Of a DNA stretch of 64,000 nucleotides, positions 20,811 to 30,696 are shown piece by piece; position 1 is the first letter of the stretch; every line of letters starts with the position of its first letter. The notes below the pieces were generated by a model. It had not been told where the DNA came from. It did no database searches and saw only the letters and a program-made list of their open reading frames with translations. The position numbers were made by a program, and so were the translations under genes. Origin of the DNA: Sedimentisphaerales bacterium (GTDB taxonomy: Bacteria; Planctomycetota; Phycisphaerae; Sedimentisphaerales; SM23-30); NCBI GenBank assembly GCA_963666285.1, contig OY762711.1, one strand, 5' to 3'.

Positions 20811-21692
20811 TTAATTTCCCTGTTTTTGTGCAATTGCTGTTAAGTATCTGTGGATAACTTCTATTTTGCCTTCTTTAAGATACTTCTGTTCGATTATTTC
20901 TGCAAAGCGGTCAAATATATCGTCAGAATCTTTCTCGTCAGCCGCATATTCAAATCCGGCCGCCGCACCGGTCGAACGCAGCCGGTTGATCGCTTCCATA
21001 CCTGAGTTCACAAAGTAACTTTTACTGCCATTTTCTTTATACTCTGTTTTCAATCTCGCCAGCCGATACATTGATGTTAATGTATTGCAGCCGGGCAGAA
21101 ACTTGAATCGCATGAGATTGTGCAGCTTTTGCGGTTGTTCGGCAAATGTCAGAAAAGAACAGTATAATATCTCCTTTAGCGAAAACAGGCTGTTGTCAAT
21201 TATCCCAAGTTGACCGCCCGGCTTGAGAATACGCCTGATTTGTTTGATAACCGTAAATGGCTTGCTGTAGCCCAGTCCCCAGCAGCATGTAATAATATCA
21301 AAACTGTTATCCGGCTGGCTTTTGAGATATTCGATAATATCTGCTACCGTAAAATCACATATTTCGCCGTGATTTGATCTTGCCTGTTCTATCATTCCCT
21401 GGCTGCGGTCCACACCCATAGGCTTAATACCGGTTCTGCCTGCCAGCAGGCTGGTAGCGTACCCCGTTCCGCAGGTAAGATCCATGCTCTTATCTCCCTG
21501 CGAGATATCCAGACGATTAATCATCGCCTCAGTCAGGTTTCGCATATGGTTGGTCCATACCTGGTCATACTGGTTACTGATCCGGTTATAGCTTTGTGAT
21601 ACCAGGCTGTCACAATCTGCCTTGTTGATAAAGTACAAATTGAACAGACGACCGGCCATTTTAATATAATGTTTTTTATGTTTCTCAGCCAT
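20811..21692 (-). CDS. Class I SAM-dependent methyltransferase
   Basis: MDLTCGTG, GVDRSQGM, FDIITC and RILKPGG. Confidence 0.9.
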   Translation of the reverse strand: MAEKHKKHYIKMAGRLFNLYFINKADCDSLVSQSYNRISNQYDQVWTNHMRNLTEAMINRLDISQGDKSMDLTCGTGYATSLLAGRTGIKPMGVDRSQGMIEQARSNHGEICDFTVADIIEYLKSQPDNSFDIITCCWGLGYSKPFTVIKQIRRILKPGGQLGIIDNSLFSLKEILYCSFLTFAEQPQKLHNLMRFKFLPGCNTLTSMYRLARLKTEYKENGSKSYFVNSGMEAINRLRSTGAAAGFEYAADEKDSDDIFDRFAEIIEQKYLKEGKIEVIHRYLTAIAQKQGN

Positions 21693-21706
21693 AATTCTGT
21701 GCCTGG

Positions 21707-22090
21707 CTATTTCGATAAAACTCCGGATGCCAAAGCTTTTTGGATGCAGCTGATTTCAGAACCTCTTTTCAGCTCTTTTATGATTGGTTCCGAAGAGCTG
21801 GATATCCATATCTTCATCTCTGAATCCAGGTCGAAATGGCCCGCGGTTTCAACGGCAAAATGCGTTATACTGCGATATGGTATCGAATGATATTCAGTCT
21901 TTCTGCCGGTAACGCCTTGTTTGTCGATTAGTATTAGCCTGTGGTTGGTAAAGATATACATATCTCGTACCAGCTTAAATGCACTTTTGATTGATTCACC
22001 ATCAACCAGCAGGTGTTCCAGGTTGCGTTCCACCGAGTCGAGGTCTTTTACTTCCGATGCGTTTCCGATTATTCCGCTAAGTAATCCCAT
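21707..22090 (-). CDS. Bacterial PH-domain protein (bPH_1/DUF1696-like)
   Basis: RDMYIFTNHRLILIDKQGVTGRKTEY.SIPY and ETAGHFDLDSE. Confidence 0.88.
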   Translation of the reverse strand: MGLLSGIIGNASEVKDLDSVERNLEHLLVDGESIKSAFKLVRDMYIFTNHRLILIDKQGVTGRKTEYHSIPYRSITHFAVETAGHFDLDSEMKIWISSSSEPIIKELKRGSEISCIQKALASGVLSK

Positions 22091-22105
22091 TTATATATCC
22101 TCAAT

Positions 22106-22966
22106 TTATGAATTAATATATTTTTGTTCAATCAGCCAGTTTGTCAGATTATCGTTCCAGTTATTAAAGCTTATTTTTCCTTTTTCAAAGGTTGCTTCTA
22201 CGCTGTGATCGCCAGATTTGTAGATATGCAGTTCCGCGTCTACATTATTTGCGACAAGAGCCTTGTAATACATTATCGAATTTTCAAACGATACATGATG
22301 GTCGTTGCTCGTATGTGCGATAAAGCCGGGTGGGGTATCCGGCGTTACCTGCTTTTCGCAGCTGTATTTCGCTATAAGATCATCAGGTGCGTTCGGTCCA
22401 AGCAGGTTGTCTCTGGTTTCGCTGTGGGTGTTCGGGCCCATGGTCAAAACAGATATCATAAAAATCGAAAAGTCCGGTCTGGCGTTAATAGCACTATCGT
22501 TATCCAGTTCGTATGTCTGTTCGTTATACAGCGTCGAAGCTGATGCCGCCAGGTGACCGCCCGCAGAAAAGCCGATAACGCCGACCTTGTCGGGATCGAT
22601 TTTATATTGCCCGCTATTTTTACGGACCAGTCTGATTGCTCGCTGCAGGTCTGCCAGCGGCCATGGGTGGCCGTATTCCTTCAGCCGATTTTTCAGGACA
22701 AATGCGTGCATCCCTCGCTGATTGAACCATTGGGCCACTCGTGTGCCGGAGTTCAAAAATGACAGCAGGCTATAGCCGCCGCCCGGGCAGATAATTACCG
22801 CAGCATCAGAGGTCTGGTCTGTCGGCGGATAATGATGTATCTGCGGCACAGATACACCAGTTATATAATTACCGGCATCGACTTTTTCCTCGAAGTCAAC
22901 TGGTATGGCTCCGGGCATTTTGCCATCTGGCCATAGGTTGATAATTGTTGGTTTGCTTCTTGCCAT
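22106..22966 (-). CDS. Alpha/beta hydrolase (esterase), cytoplasmic paralogue
   Basis: PGGGY, GFSAGGHLA and RPDF; no signal peptide. Confidence 0.9.
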   Translation of the reverse strand: MARSKPTIINLWPDGKMPGAIPVDFEEKVDAGNYITGVSVPQIHHYPPTDQTSDAAVIICPGGGYSLLSFLNSGTRVAQWFNQRGMHAFVLKNRLKEYGHPWPLADLQRAIRLVRKNSGQYKIDPDKVGVIGFSAGGHLAASASTLYNEQTYELDNDSAINARPDFSIFMISVLTMGPNTHSETRDNLLGPNAPDDLIAKYSCEKQVTPDTPPGFIAHTSNDHHVSFENSIMYYKALVANNVDAELHIYKSGDHSVEATFEKGKISFNNWNDNLTNWLIEQKYINS

Positions 22967-23020
22967 TTTTATTTTTTTAGGATTAACACCCGCCTGCCTG
23001 AACTCGGCCGGGTAGATGGC

Positions 23021-23953
23021 TTAAAATCCAGGATTTGCTTTAGGCAGTGTATATTTTCTTTCTGCCAGCCACTTTGCCAGGTTTTCCTGCCAGTATTGTA
23101 CGGTACCGGATTTCTTCCTCATGCCGTAACCGTGGCCGCCGGTATTATATATATGCATCTCGGCATCTACCTTATTGGCTATCAGCGACTGATAATAAAG
23201 TATCGGGTTTGCAACCGGTACAACACCATCGTCACTGCTGTGAATCAAAATTGCTGGTGGTGTATTTTTGTCAATCTGCTTTTCGGTGCAGTATTTATCG
23301 ATCAGATCCTGTGACGGATTTTTCCCTATAAGATTCTCACGCGAGCCCCAATGTGTTTCCTGGCCCATAGTGATTACAGGGTACACCAGTACCGAAAAAT
23401 CCGGTCTGGCACTTATTTCTCTGTCATCTTCCATTTCATAGGCTTTCTCATTGTACAGGACTGAGGCACTTGCCGCCAGGTGACCGCCCGCGGAAAATCC
23501 CATTACACCGATTTTGTTTGGGTTGATATTATACTGATCGCTGTTTTTGCGGACCAGCCTTATTGCACGCTGAACGTCTGCCAGTGGGTATGGCTGACCA
23601 TATTCTTTCAGGCGGTTTTTCACCACAAAAGCATTCATGCCTTGCGAGTTAAACCACTTTGCTATTTCGATACCTTCTTTTTCAAATGAAAGAACAGCAT
23701 AGCCGCCGCCCGGACAGATTACTATTGTTGCATCTGAGGTCTGTTTTTCTGCCGGGTAATAATGCAGCTCAGGCACTGATATACCTGATATATGTCCGCC
23801 GGAGTCAACTTTCTCCTCAAAATTAACCTCTTTAGCTCCAGGCATACCACCGTCCGGCCAGAGATTGCACACTTCCGGATTGGCCTCTGCCATAACTGAG
23901 CCGGAAACAAGCATAATAATCGAAAATGCCAGTACTAGTGTTAGCATACGCAT
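23021..23953 (-). CDS. Alpha/beta hydrolase (esterase), secreted paralogue
   Basis: Signal peptide; PGGGY, GFSAGGHLA, DDGVV and GGHGYG. Confidence 0.9.
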   Translation of the reverse strand: MRMLTLVLAFSIIMLVSGSVMAEANPEVCNLWPDGGMPGAKEVNFEEKVDSGGHISGISVPELHYYPAEKQTSDATIVICPGGGYAVLSFEKEGIEIAKWFNSQGMNAFVVKNRLKEYGQPYPLADVQRAIRLVRKNSDQYNINPNKIGVMGFSAGGHLAASASVLYNEKAYEMEDDREISARPDFSVLVYPVITMGQETHWGSRENLIGKNPSQDLIDKYCTEKQIDKNTPPAILIHSSDDGVVPVANPILYYQSLIANKVDAEMHIYNTGGHGYGMRKKSGTVQYWQENLAKWLAERKYTLPKANPGF

Positions 23954-24123
23954 GATAACTCCTTTTCTCTATAAATAGTAACGTCAATTTTATAAACAAT
24001 TTATGGCATTATTTTAACCTGATGTTACCATCCGTGCAAGGATAATAGATTTGACTTTGACTGACCGGTTTGTAGAATGGAGTGTGAATTTTGATGTATA
24101 TAATATTGTTGCAGGGAGTTATT

Positions 24124-24798
24124 ATGGCTAAATTTGCAGGTGACAAAAAAGTTGGTCAGTCTATACTCGGCCCCATCGAAACAAAATTCAAAAATGCGGT
24201 TGTTCCGCTTATTCCAGGTTGTATCGAAACATACCATCTCACGATGACAACGGTACTCTGGTCTATTGGTATGGTGCTCTGCGGCTATCTTTGCCGCGAT
24301 CATCCCGCCTGGACCTTTGGCATGTCCGCGATGATGGTCTTGCAGTATATTACCGACCTGTTCGACGGCGCCGTTGGCCGCTATCGCAATACCGGCCTGA
24401 TAAAATGGGGGTTCTTTATGGACCATTTCCTTGATTTTATCTTCGCCTGCTCGATTGTCGCGGCCTATGCCATGATGTCACCAGACGAATACGATCTCGG
24501 CTGGTATTTCTACGGGCTTATGGCATGTTCCGGCGGCCTTATGGTCAATTCATTCCTCAAATTCGCATCAACTAACGAGTTCGAGATCTTCTTCTACGGC
24601 ATAGGCCCAACCGAAATTCGACTCGGATATATCATTATCAACACCATAATTTTCTTCTGGGGTTTTGCCATCTTCAAGTTCTGGGTGCCGTTCCTGCTGC
24701 TCGCTAATATATGCACTCTCACATACATGGTCTGGAACACACACCGCCAGCTCTGGAAGATCGATATGGATGCCAAAGCAGCGGTGGAAAAACCATAA
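24124..24798 (+). CDS. CDP-alcohol phosphatidyltransferase family protein
   Basis: DLFDGAVGR...GFFMDHFLD signature; ATG 24124 follows GGGAG. Confidence 0.9.
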   Translation: MAKFAGDKKVGQSILGPIETKFKNAVVPLIPGCIETYHLTMTTVLWSIGMVLCGYLCRDHPAWTFGMSAMMVLQYITDLFDGAVGRYRNTGLIKWGFFMDHFLDFIFACSIVAAYAMMSPDEYDLGWYFYGLMACSGGLMVNSFLKFASTNEFEIFFYGIGPTEIRLGYIIINTIIFFWGFAIFKFWVPFLLLANICTLTYMVWNTHRQLWKIDMDAKAAVEKP

Positions 24799-24968
24799 AT
24801 TAAACCGGCAATATAGCTTTTGGTAAGATGTTGAGTATTGTTGGAATTATGAATAACTTCTTTCTTTTGTCTATTTGTTATCGAATATACACACTTGTCA
24901 AATACTAGTACAACAGCTACGAAGCTATATGTAAGGCCAAAAAGTGAAATGAACTGGCCTGCTGAGGT

Positions 24969-26792
24969 CTAGTCCAGACCAGGTCTGGCTCTTTTTGTTA
25001 GCTGTACCATCAGTACCGTTATATCAGCCGGCGTTATCCCCGTAATCCGCGCCGCCTGACCCAGTGTCAGCGGTCGTATATCGGCCAGTCGCTGGCGGGC
25101 CTCGTTTCGCAGCGAACTGATAGTTTCATAATCCATATCATCCGGTATCTTGATCTTATCGATCTTGGCCGTTTTCTCTACCAGCTTCAGTTGCTTTTCG
25201 ATATAACCGGCATAGCGGATATCATTTACCGTTGTATGGATTACTTCATGGATATAGTTCTTATCCAGCACATCCGGCTTCACTTCAGCCAGCCAGCTCT
25301 CATCCCGCCCCAGCTGGCATAGCTGACGGTCAAGCTTCTTACCCTCGTAATTGGTAGTCGTCAAAAACTCCTTCAGTTCGGCTATCTGCCGCCGCTTTTC
25401 CTGGTATCGCTCCCATCTGTCATCCGTTACCGTTCCCCATTCACGCCCAAGCGGCGTGAGTCTTTCATCGGCATTGTCATATCTCAGCAGCAGCCGATAT
25501 TCCGCTCGCGAGGTAAACATACGATACGGCTCATCCACTCCCTTGGTCACAAGGTCGTCTATCAGCACCCCGATATACGCCTGGTCACGCCGCAGTACTA
25601 CTGGCTCCAGACCCTTTATCTTCCTTGCGGCATTAACACCTGCCATCAGTCCCTGTCCGGCGGCTTCCTCGTAGCCGCTGGTGCCGTTGATCTGACCCGC
25701 AAAGTACAGCCCCTTGATATGCTTGCTCTCCAGCGTCGCCTGCATCTGAGTCGGCGGAATATAGTCATAATCTATCGCATAAGCGTATCGATGTATCCTG
25801 CAATTCTCCAGCCCCGGGATACTCGCCAGCAGCTCATCCTGCACATCTCTTGGCAGCGCGTTACTTATCCCGTTGCAGTATATCCAGTCGGTATCCAGTC
25901 CTTCCGGCTCCAGGAATACCTGGTGACGGTCCTTATCCGCAAACCGCACGATCTTCGTCTCGATACTCGGGCAATATCTCGGCCCGGTACTCTTTATCTG
26001 TCCTGTATAGAGCGGCGCCTGGTGCAGATTATCGCGGATAATTTTATGCGTTGTCTCATTTGTCCACGTTATCCAGCAGCTTATCTGCTCCTGTTCAACC
26101 TTATCGTTCATATAGCTGAACGGCAGCGGCACCTCGTCGCCCGGCTGCTCCTGCACCTTGCTGTAGTCTATCGAATCCGCCGCCAGTCGCGCAGGTGTAC
26201 CGGTCTTCAGCCGGTCCAGCTCGATCCCATGTGCCTCCAGCGATTCTGATATCTTATTCGCCGCCGGTTCGCCGATCCGACCGCCTTCGATTATCTCTGT
26301 GCCGATATGTATCAGCCCCCGCATAAACGTACCCGTTGTCAGTATCGCCGCTTTACAGCCCAGCTCTATGCCGGATTCGCATTTTAGCCCGATTATTCTA
26401 CCGCATTCGGTAATAATATCAGAGACCGTATCTTCAATTATCGTAAGGTTATCAACCTTTGCCAGCGTCTCCTGTGCGATCCTGGCATACATATCACGGT
26501 CTGCCTGTGCCCGCGGCGCCCAAACGGCAGGCCCTTTACGCAGGTTCAGCATACGAAACTGGATTCCCGCCTTATCGATCAGCTGCCCCATAAGTCCGCC
26601 CAGTGCATCGATTTCACGCACCATCTGACCCTTGGCCAGGCCGCCGATCGCAGGGTTACAGCTCATCTGGCCGATTGTATCTATCCGGATCGACAGCAGG
26701 GCGGTATTCAGCCCCATCACCGCCGCGGCATTAGCCGCCTCGATGCCGCCGTGGCCGCCGCCTACTACTATTATGTCATAATTATCTTGCAT
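24969..26792 (-). CDS. mnmG: tRNA uridine 5-carboxymethylaminomethyl modification enzyme MnmG (GidA)
   Basis: GGGHGG, MSCNPAIGG, GPRYCPSIE, GQINGTSGYEEAA and YRMFTSRAEYRL. Start placed at MQDNYD. Confidence 0.97.
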   Translation of the reverse strand: MQDNYDIIVVGGGHGGIEAANAAAVMGLNTALLSIRIDTIGQMSCNPAIGGLAKGQMVREIDALGGLMGQLIDKAGIQFRMLNLRKGPAVWAPRAQADRDMYARIAQETLAKVDNLTIIEDTVSDIITECGRIIGLKCESGIELGCKAAILTTGTFMRGLIHIGTEIIEGGRIGEPAANKISESLEAHGIELDRLKTGTPARLAADSIDYSKVQEQPGDEVPLPFSYMNDKVEQEQISCWITWTNETTHKIIRDNLHQAPLYTGQIKSTGPRYCPSIETKIVRFADKDRHQVFLEPEGLDTDWIYCNGISNALPRDVQDELLASIPGLENCRIHRYAYAIDYDYIPPTQMQATLESKHIKGLYFAGQINGTSGYEEAAGQGLMAGVNAARKIKGLEPVVLRRDQAYIGVLIDDLVTKGVDEPYRMFTSRAEYRLLLRYDNADERLTPLGREWGTVTDDRWERYQEKRRQIAELKEFLTTTNYEGKKLDRQLCQLGRDESWLAEVKPDVLDKNYIHEVIHTTVNDIRYAGYIEKQLKLVEKTAKIDKIKIPDDMDYETISSLRNEARQRLADIRPLTLGQAARITGITPADITVLMVQLTKRARPGLD

Positions 26793-26863
26793 AAGACCGT
26801 ATATTATATAATGATATGAGCTATATGGCAAGAAATGTGAATTGTGATAGATGATAAAATAAT

Positions 26864-26892
26864 TTGACAACTATATCACTTAGTGCCATACT
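26864..26892 (+). promoter_or_regulatory. Sigma70 promoter of the toxin-antitoxin operon with a palindrome in the spacer
   Basis: TTGACA-17 bp-CATACT; the spacer contains CACT-T-AGTG. Confidence 0.7.
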
Positions 26893-26927
26893 TTAGTAGT
26901 GTATGTATTAGTAAATTAGGTTATCTT

Positions 26928-27293
26928 ATGAGAGTGTTTAAACTTAGAGCGTTTTCCCGTTGGGCGCAAGGCCAGAAAATTTCAAATGAATCACTTATGA
27001 ATGCAGTTATTGAAATGGTAAATGGTTGAATTGATGCTAATTTAGGTGGTGGTGTTTGTAAAAAACGAATTGCTGTTGCTGGCAAAGGCAAAAGTGGAGG
27101 AGTCAGGACAATTGTAGGTTTTAAAACAAATAATCATACCTATTTCATTTATGGTTTTAATAAAAACGAGAAAGAGAATATTGATAAGGTTGAATTAAAG
27201 GCGTTAAAGCAATATGCTAAACAGCTGTTTGCTTTGAAAGATGCAGAAATAGACTCATTATTGGCTAATGGAAGCCTTATCGAGGTGAGATAA
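26928..27293 (+). pseudogene. RelE/ParE-superfamily type II toxin with in-frame TGA at codon 34
   Basis: Manual translation MRVFKLRAFSRWA...EMVNG*IDANLGGGVCKKRIAVAGKGKSGGVRTI...LIEVR; TGA at 27027-27029. Confidence 0.85.
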
Positions 27294-27294
27294 A

Positions 27295-27609
27295 ATGGCA
27301 AATAAAAGATTAAGGCAACAACTTGTTGAAGGTATGGAGGCATTGTCCGAAATAGGCGTTGTAAATGGGGCAACTATGCGTGAATTTCGTGAAGACTTGC
27401 TGACTCCGCCCCCGACTTATTCTCCTGAAAAAATTCGTGAGATCAGGGAATCTTATGGTGTAAGCCAATCTGTCTTTGCCGCTTTGTTGAATGTTAGCGT
27501 TTCGACTATCCAGAAATGGGAGCAGGGCCGGAAAGCACCAAGTGCACCCGCGTACAAACTGCTTGACATTGTGAAACGTAAGGGCTTGGGTATTTTAATA
27601 CCTGAATAA
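27295..27609 (+). CDS. HTH (Xre/Cro-type) antitoxin or transcriptional regulator
   Basis: IREIRESYGVSQSVFAALLNVSVSTIQKWEQGRKAPS; starts 1 bp after the toxin stop. Confidence 0.9.
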   Translation: MANKRLRQQLVEGMEALSEIGVVNGATMREFREDLLTPPPTYSPEKIREIRESYGVSQSVFAALLNVSVSTIQKWEQGRKAPSAPAYKLLDIVKRKGLGILIPE

Positions 27610-27687
27610 TTGATTTGGCGATATTACACTCTGTTATATTAAGCTTGCCGTCTGCCTGAGTTCATCGAAGCTCCGTGGCATTCCAGC

Positions 27688-27742
27688 CCTTATGCCTTAT
27701 CCCTGATCTCTTATGCCTTTCAAACTGACTGGCAGTCAGTTT
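27688..27742. repeat. Heptamer tandem repeat (CCTTATS) plus AAACTGAC/GTCAGTTT hairpin
   Basis: ccttatg ccttatc cctgatc tcttatg; related copies at about 28564, 41404, 52398 and 53783. Confidence 0.75.
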
Positions 27743-27749
27743 GATCTTT

Positions 27750-28433
27750 CTATTCAAACGTCCCCACATATTTCCCGTTTTTCAGCCTCACCCGAATAAC
27801 CAGCCCGCTGCGTTCAGCAGTGTCGTACCATGTTTCTGTAGGCAGAGGGAAATGCTTTTCCCACATTTTTTCCTCATCGAATTTCGGCCCGATACTGAAC
27901 ACCGCCCAGGTCACCGGAGATTGTCTGGGGTCACTGAAATATTGTCCTTTTTCATCATCAACCGACGAGATAAACGGAAAACCGTCAGGTACCCATAATT
28001 GAGCCTTGTTGAGCTTGTCTATGAAATTCCGGTCGCTTATCTTCTGACCGACAGACATATATTTATAGGTATGGCCCCGGTTAAACCTGTCTTCCATAAC
28101 CGTCGATTCCGGCGAGCTGGAGCTACTCTTTTCCGGCAGATATCTGCCCGCCAGCTGCGTCGGCATCTGGTAAAGATGGTCTCTAACCGAACCGCCCTGG
28201 CAGTCTTCAAATGACGGAGGATGCGGTTGATCTGCACCGCTGTTATCCTCCATATACATTTCCAGTGCCATCGCTATATGATACAGCTCAAAGTTCACAG
28301 CTGTCACCCTGGCCGATTCGCGTGCCTTCGACAGCGCAGGCAGCATAATCGCAACCAGTAGTGCGATAATACTGATAACTACCAGCAGCTCTATCAAGGT
28401 AAAAGCTTTATTTTGTGAAAGTCTAAATGGCAA
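27750..28433 (-). CDS. Prepilin-type N-terminal cleavage/methylation (pseudopilin-like) protein
   Basis: AFTLIELLVVISIIALLVAIMLPALSKARESAR; C-terminal FSIGP. Confidence 0.88.
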   Translation of the reverse strand: MPFRLSQNKAFTLIELLVVISIIALLVAIMLPALSKARESARVTAVNFELYHIAMALEMYMEDNSGADQPHPPSFEDCQGGSVRDHLYQMPTQLAGRYLPEKSSSSSPESTVMEDRFNRGHTYKYMSVGQKISDRNFIDKLNKAQLWVPDGFPFISSVDDEKGQYFSDPRQSPVTWAVFSIGPKFDEEKMWEKHFPLPTETWYDTAERSGLVIRVRLKNGKYVGTFE

Positions 28434-28611
28434 TTTCCAGCTTCTCTAGTATTTCCTTATGCGTCAGCGTTAAAACAAGGTCCGCCGTTAGGCGGACACC
28501 TCAACTTTTCACTCTCTGTTTTTTATAATAAGCTTGCCGCTTTGCGGCAATCGGCTTTCCTCCCCTTATGCCTTATCCCTTATCTCTTATGCCTCTCAAA
28601 CTGACCATTGG

Positions 28612-29628
28612 TCAGTTTGAGCTATTCAGCCAGTTCTCCGCCAGCCTGCCGAAATCTGCCAGGTCTACATCGCCGTCCATGTCTATGTCACCGTCAATAT
28701 GATTCTTAAACTTACCGAAATCGGTCAGAACCTGGCCGTTCCCATCATAATTACAGAGATAAAGCCTGTACCCGTCTGTGCAGACCGCATAGTTCGTTGC
28801 CTCCTGGTCCATAATGCCGATAATATCAATATTACCTGTTGGACATTCATACGCGGTTATCCCGTAGCCATGTCCTAGAATTACCGGAAATGTTCTGCCT
28901 GTATCATCTGTTATTGTAATGGTATTATCCGGCCCCCAGTTCTCCGGGTTCACTACTGTCACATTGTTAATCCTGACAATACAGCCCTGGTAATATTCAC
29001 AGCCGCTATCGCGTGCCGCATCAAAAATATATTTATCTGAAGCATCTTTTAATTCTGACAAGGCTGCCACATCAGGCAATGGCATGCCGACACGCGGTTC
29101 AATTAGTTCAATGTCAAAGTCATATTTGGGATCAACTTGATGAATTTCGTTAATATTCATTTTCCCCTTATAAAATTTATACGCTCCGGTAACTTTAACC
29201 TTATCGCCCGCACGAAACATATAGGCTGTATTGGGATCATGGTTTATACGGTAAACTTCTGATTGATATTCCTGCTCCGAATATGTGCCTGTTCCAACCC
29301 CGACATAATCCTGGCCGAACCAGATACATGTTCCCGCATGGTCCTCTGCGTCATCCGACTGAAAAAATATCTGCCATTGACCGCCGCGTACTGATGGCGC
29401 TCCTGACCGGCTGTCCAGCATTTCTTCCGGGTTATTCAGGATTATCCCTTCCAGGGTAACTTTTTCCGTAGTAGTAGAATATGGCAGTAGAGTTGCAACT
29501 CCGTTGCTGTCTGAATTCTGAAATTCTCTGTGTGTCATCGTGGTTGCACCATAGCAATTAACTATATTAATGACAGATAATGCTAGTATAATATTGGTCA
29601 ATAATTGTTTTTTGTTTCGGCGGTACAT
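28612..29628 (-). CDS. Secreted protein with OB-fold-like repeats and C-terminal dockerin-like module
   Basis: Signal peptide; GDKVKVTG and IVRINNVTV; GDIDMDGDVDLADFGRLAENWL. Confidence 0.7.
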   Translation of the reverse strand: MYRRNKKQLLTNIILALSVINIVNCYGATTMTHREFQNSDSNGVATLLPYSTTTEKVTLEGIILNNPEEMLDSRSGAPSVRGGQWQIFFQSDDAEDHAGTCIWFGQDYVGVGTGTYSEQEYQSEVYRINHDPNTAYMFRAGDKVKVTGAYKFYKGKMNINEIHQVDPKYDFDIELIEPRVGMPLPDVAALSELKDASDKYIFDAARDSGCEYYQGCIVRINNVTVVNPENWGPDNTITITDDTGRTFPVILGHGYGITAYECPTGNIDIIGIMDQEATNYAVCTDGYRLYLCNYDGNGQVLTDFGKFKNHIDGDIDMDGDVDLADFGRLAENWLNSSN

Positions 29629-29883
29629 AGCTTTTTCTCCTTTTTTTGTAGATTATAGTACAATTCTGGTTGTTTTTTTTACTATTTCAAAACACACTTC
29701 TTATCATCAAAAGCAATACTACAATGAAAAGGAAATTATTAAAAGTATTTTTTTGCAATTTGACAATTTTGTATATTTATAGCAATTATATGTTAGGTTA
29801 AGCCAATTAATGTTTTGCATGTACTATTATTGGTTCAGGTGTTATAATTTAGAAAAATTTACGAATATATCAGGGATATTATT

Positions 29884-30678
29884 ATGACAAATGAAGAATA
29901 TAACACCGAGCAGGAAACAGATTTTGAAACAATTGAAGTTGGCGAAACCGGCAGCAAAAAGGTTGCTAAAGTTATCATCAGTTTATTCTTTCTGATTTTA
30001 ATTGCCCTCATCACTGTTGGATTGGTTTACAGCTTTATTGCAGAATTCAATAAACCTAAATTTAATAATAAAGCTGAAGGTTATACATACTATTTAAGTA
30101 AAGCTCCCATCCCAAGTGAAGCTGAAATAGAACAATGGGTAGTTTATTATACTGAATATATGAGCATAGATCCGGAAGCTATCAATAGTTTTTGTACGAT
30201 ATTTAATGAGTGGTTTGGATCTTTAGATTTTGAAAAACCTGATATTAATATTGATGTCTGTGTTGATAATTTATTCAATGAATTAGAAAAAGAAAATTTT
30301 TTAGATGCCGATGGAGTCATTAAAACTTTGTTTTTTGACAATATGGGGAAAGAACACATCAAGGATATGGTTGCACGGGATACAGAAAAAACTGAATTGT
30401 ATATGATGACAAAAAGTTTTGAAAAACAGATGCTTGAAAATCCTGCAAATCTGTTTCGCGACCAGGCTATAATGTCACTTAAGATTAAAAAGATTGTAAT
30501 TGATAAATATGGCGAAAATGCGATTGCGCCAACAGAACTGGACCTCAAAGTTGCTAATGAGCGGTGTTCTGTACAAAATGTTAGCGATGCTGCTGTTATG
30601 CAATGGGCCACTGACGAAAAAGCTAAGGCGAAGTTTAGTGATCTGATCGCTGATAATTATAATTGGGCTGGTAAATAA
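29884..30678 (+). CDS. Hypothetical membrane-anchored protein
   Basis: 264-aa ORF with a single N-terminal TM helix. Confidence 0.7.
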   Translation: MTNEEYNTEQETDFETIEVGETGSKKVAKVIISLFFLILIALITVGLVYSFIAEFNKPKFNNKAEGYTYYLSKAPIPSEAEIEQWVVYYTEYMSIDPEAINSFCTIFNEWFGSLDFEKPDINIDVCVDNLFNELEKENFLDADGVIKTLFFDNMGKEHIKDMVARDTEKTELYMMTKSFEKQMLENPANLFRDQAIMSLKIKKIVIDKYGENAIAPTELDLKVANERCSVQNVSDAAVMQWATDEKAKAKFSDLIADNYNWAGK

Positions 30679-30696
30679 GTGCGTTAAGGAGTTAAC

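Noticed and set aside
26793..26927. oriC next to mnmG (gidA)
   Set aside because: No DnaA-box cluster seen; the spacer is short and occupied by the toxin-antitoxin promoter.
27027..27029. In-frame TGA in the RelE-like toxin as selenocysteine or Trp recoding
   Set aside because: The context suggests a Leu position rather than Cys, there is no evident SECIS hairpin downstream, and other genes in the window use TGA as a stop.
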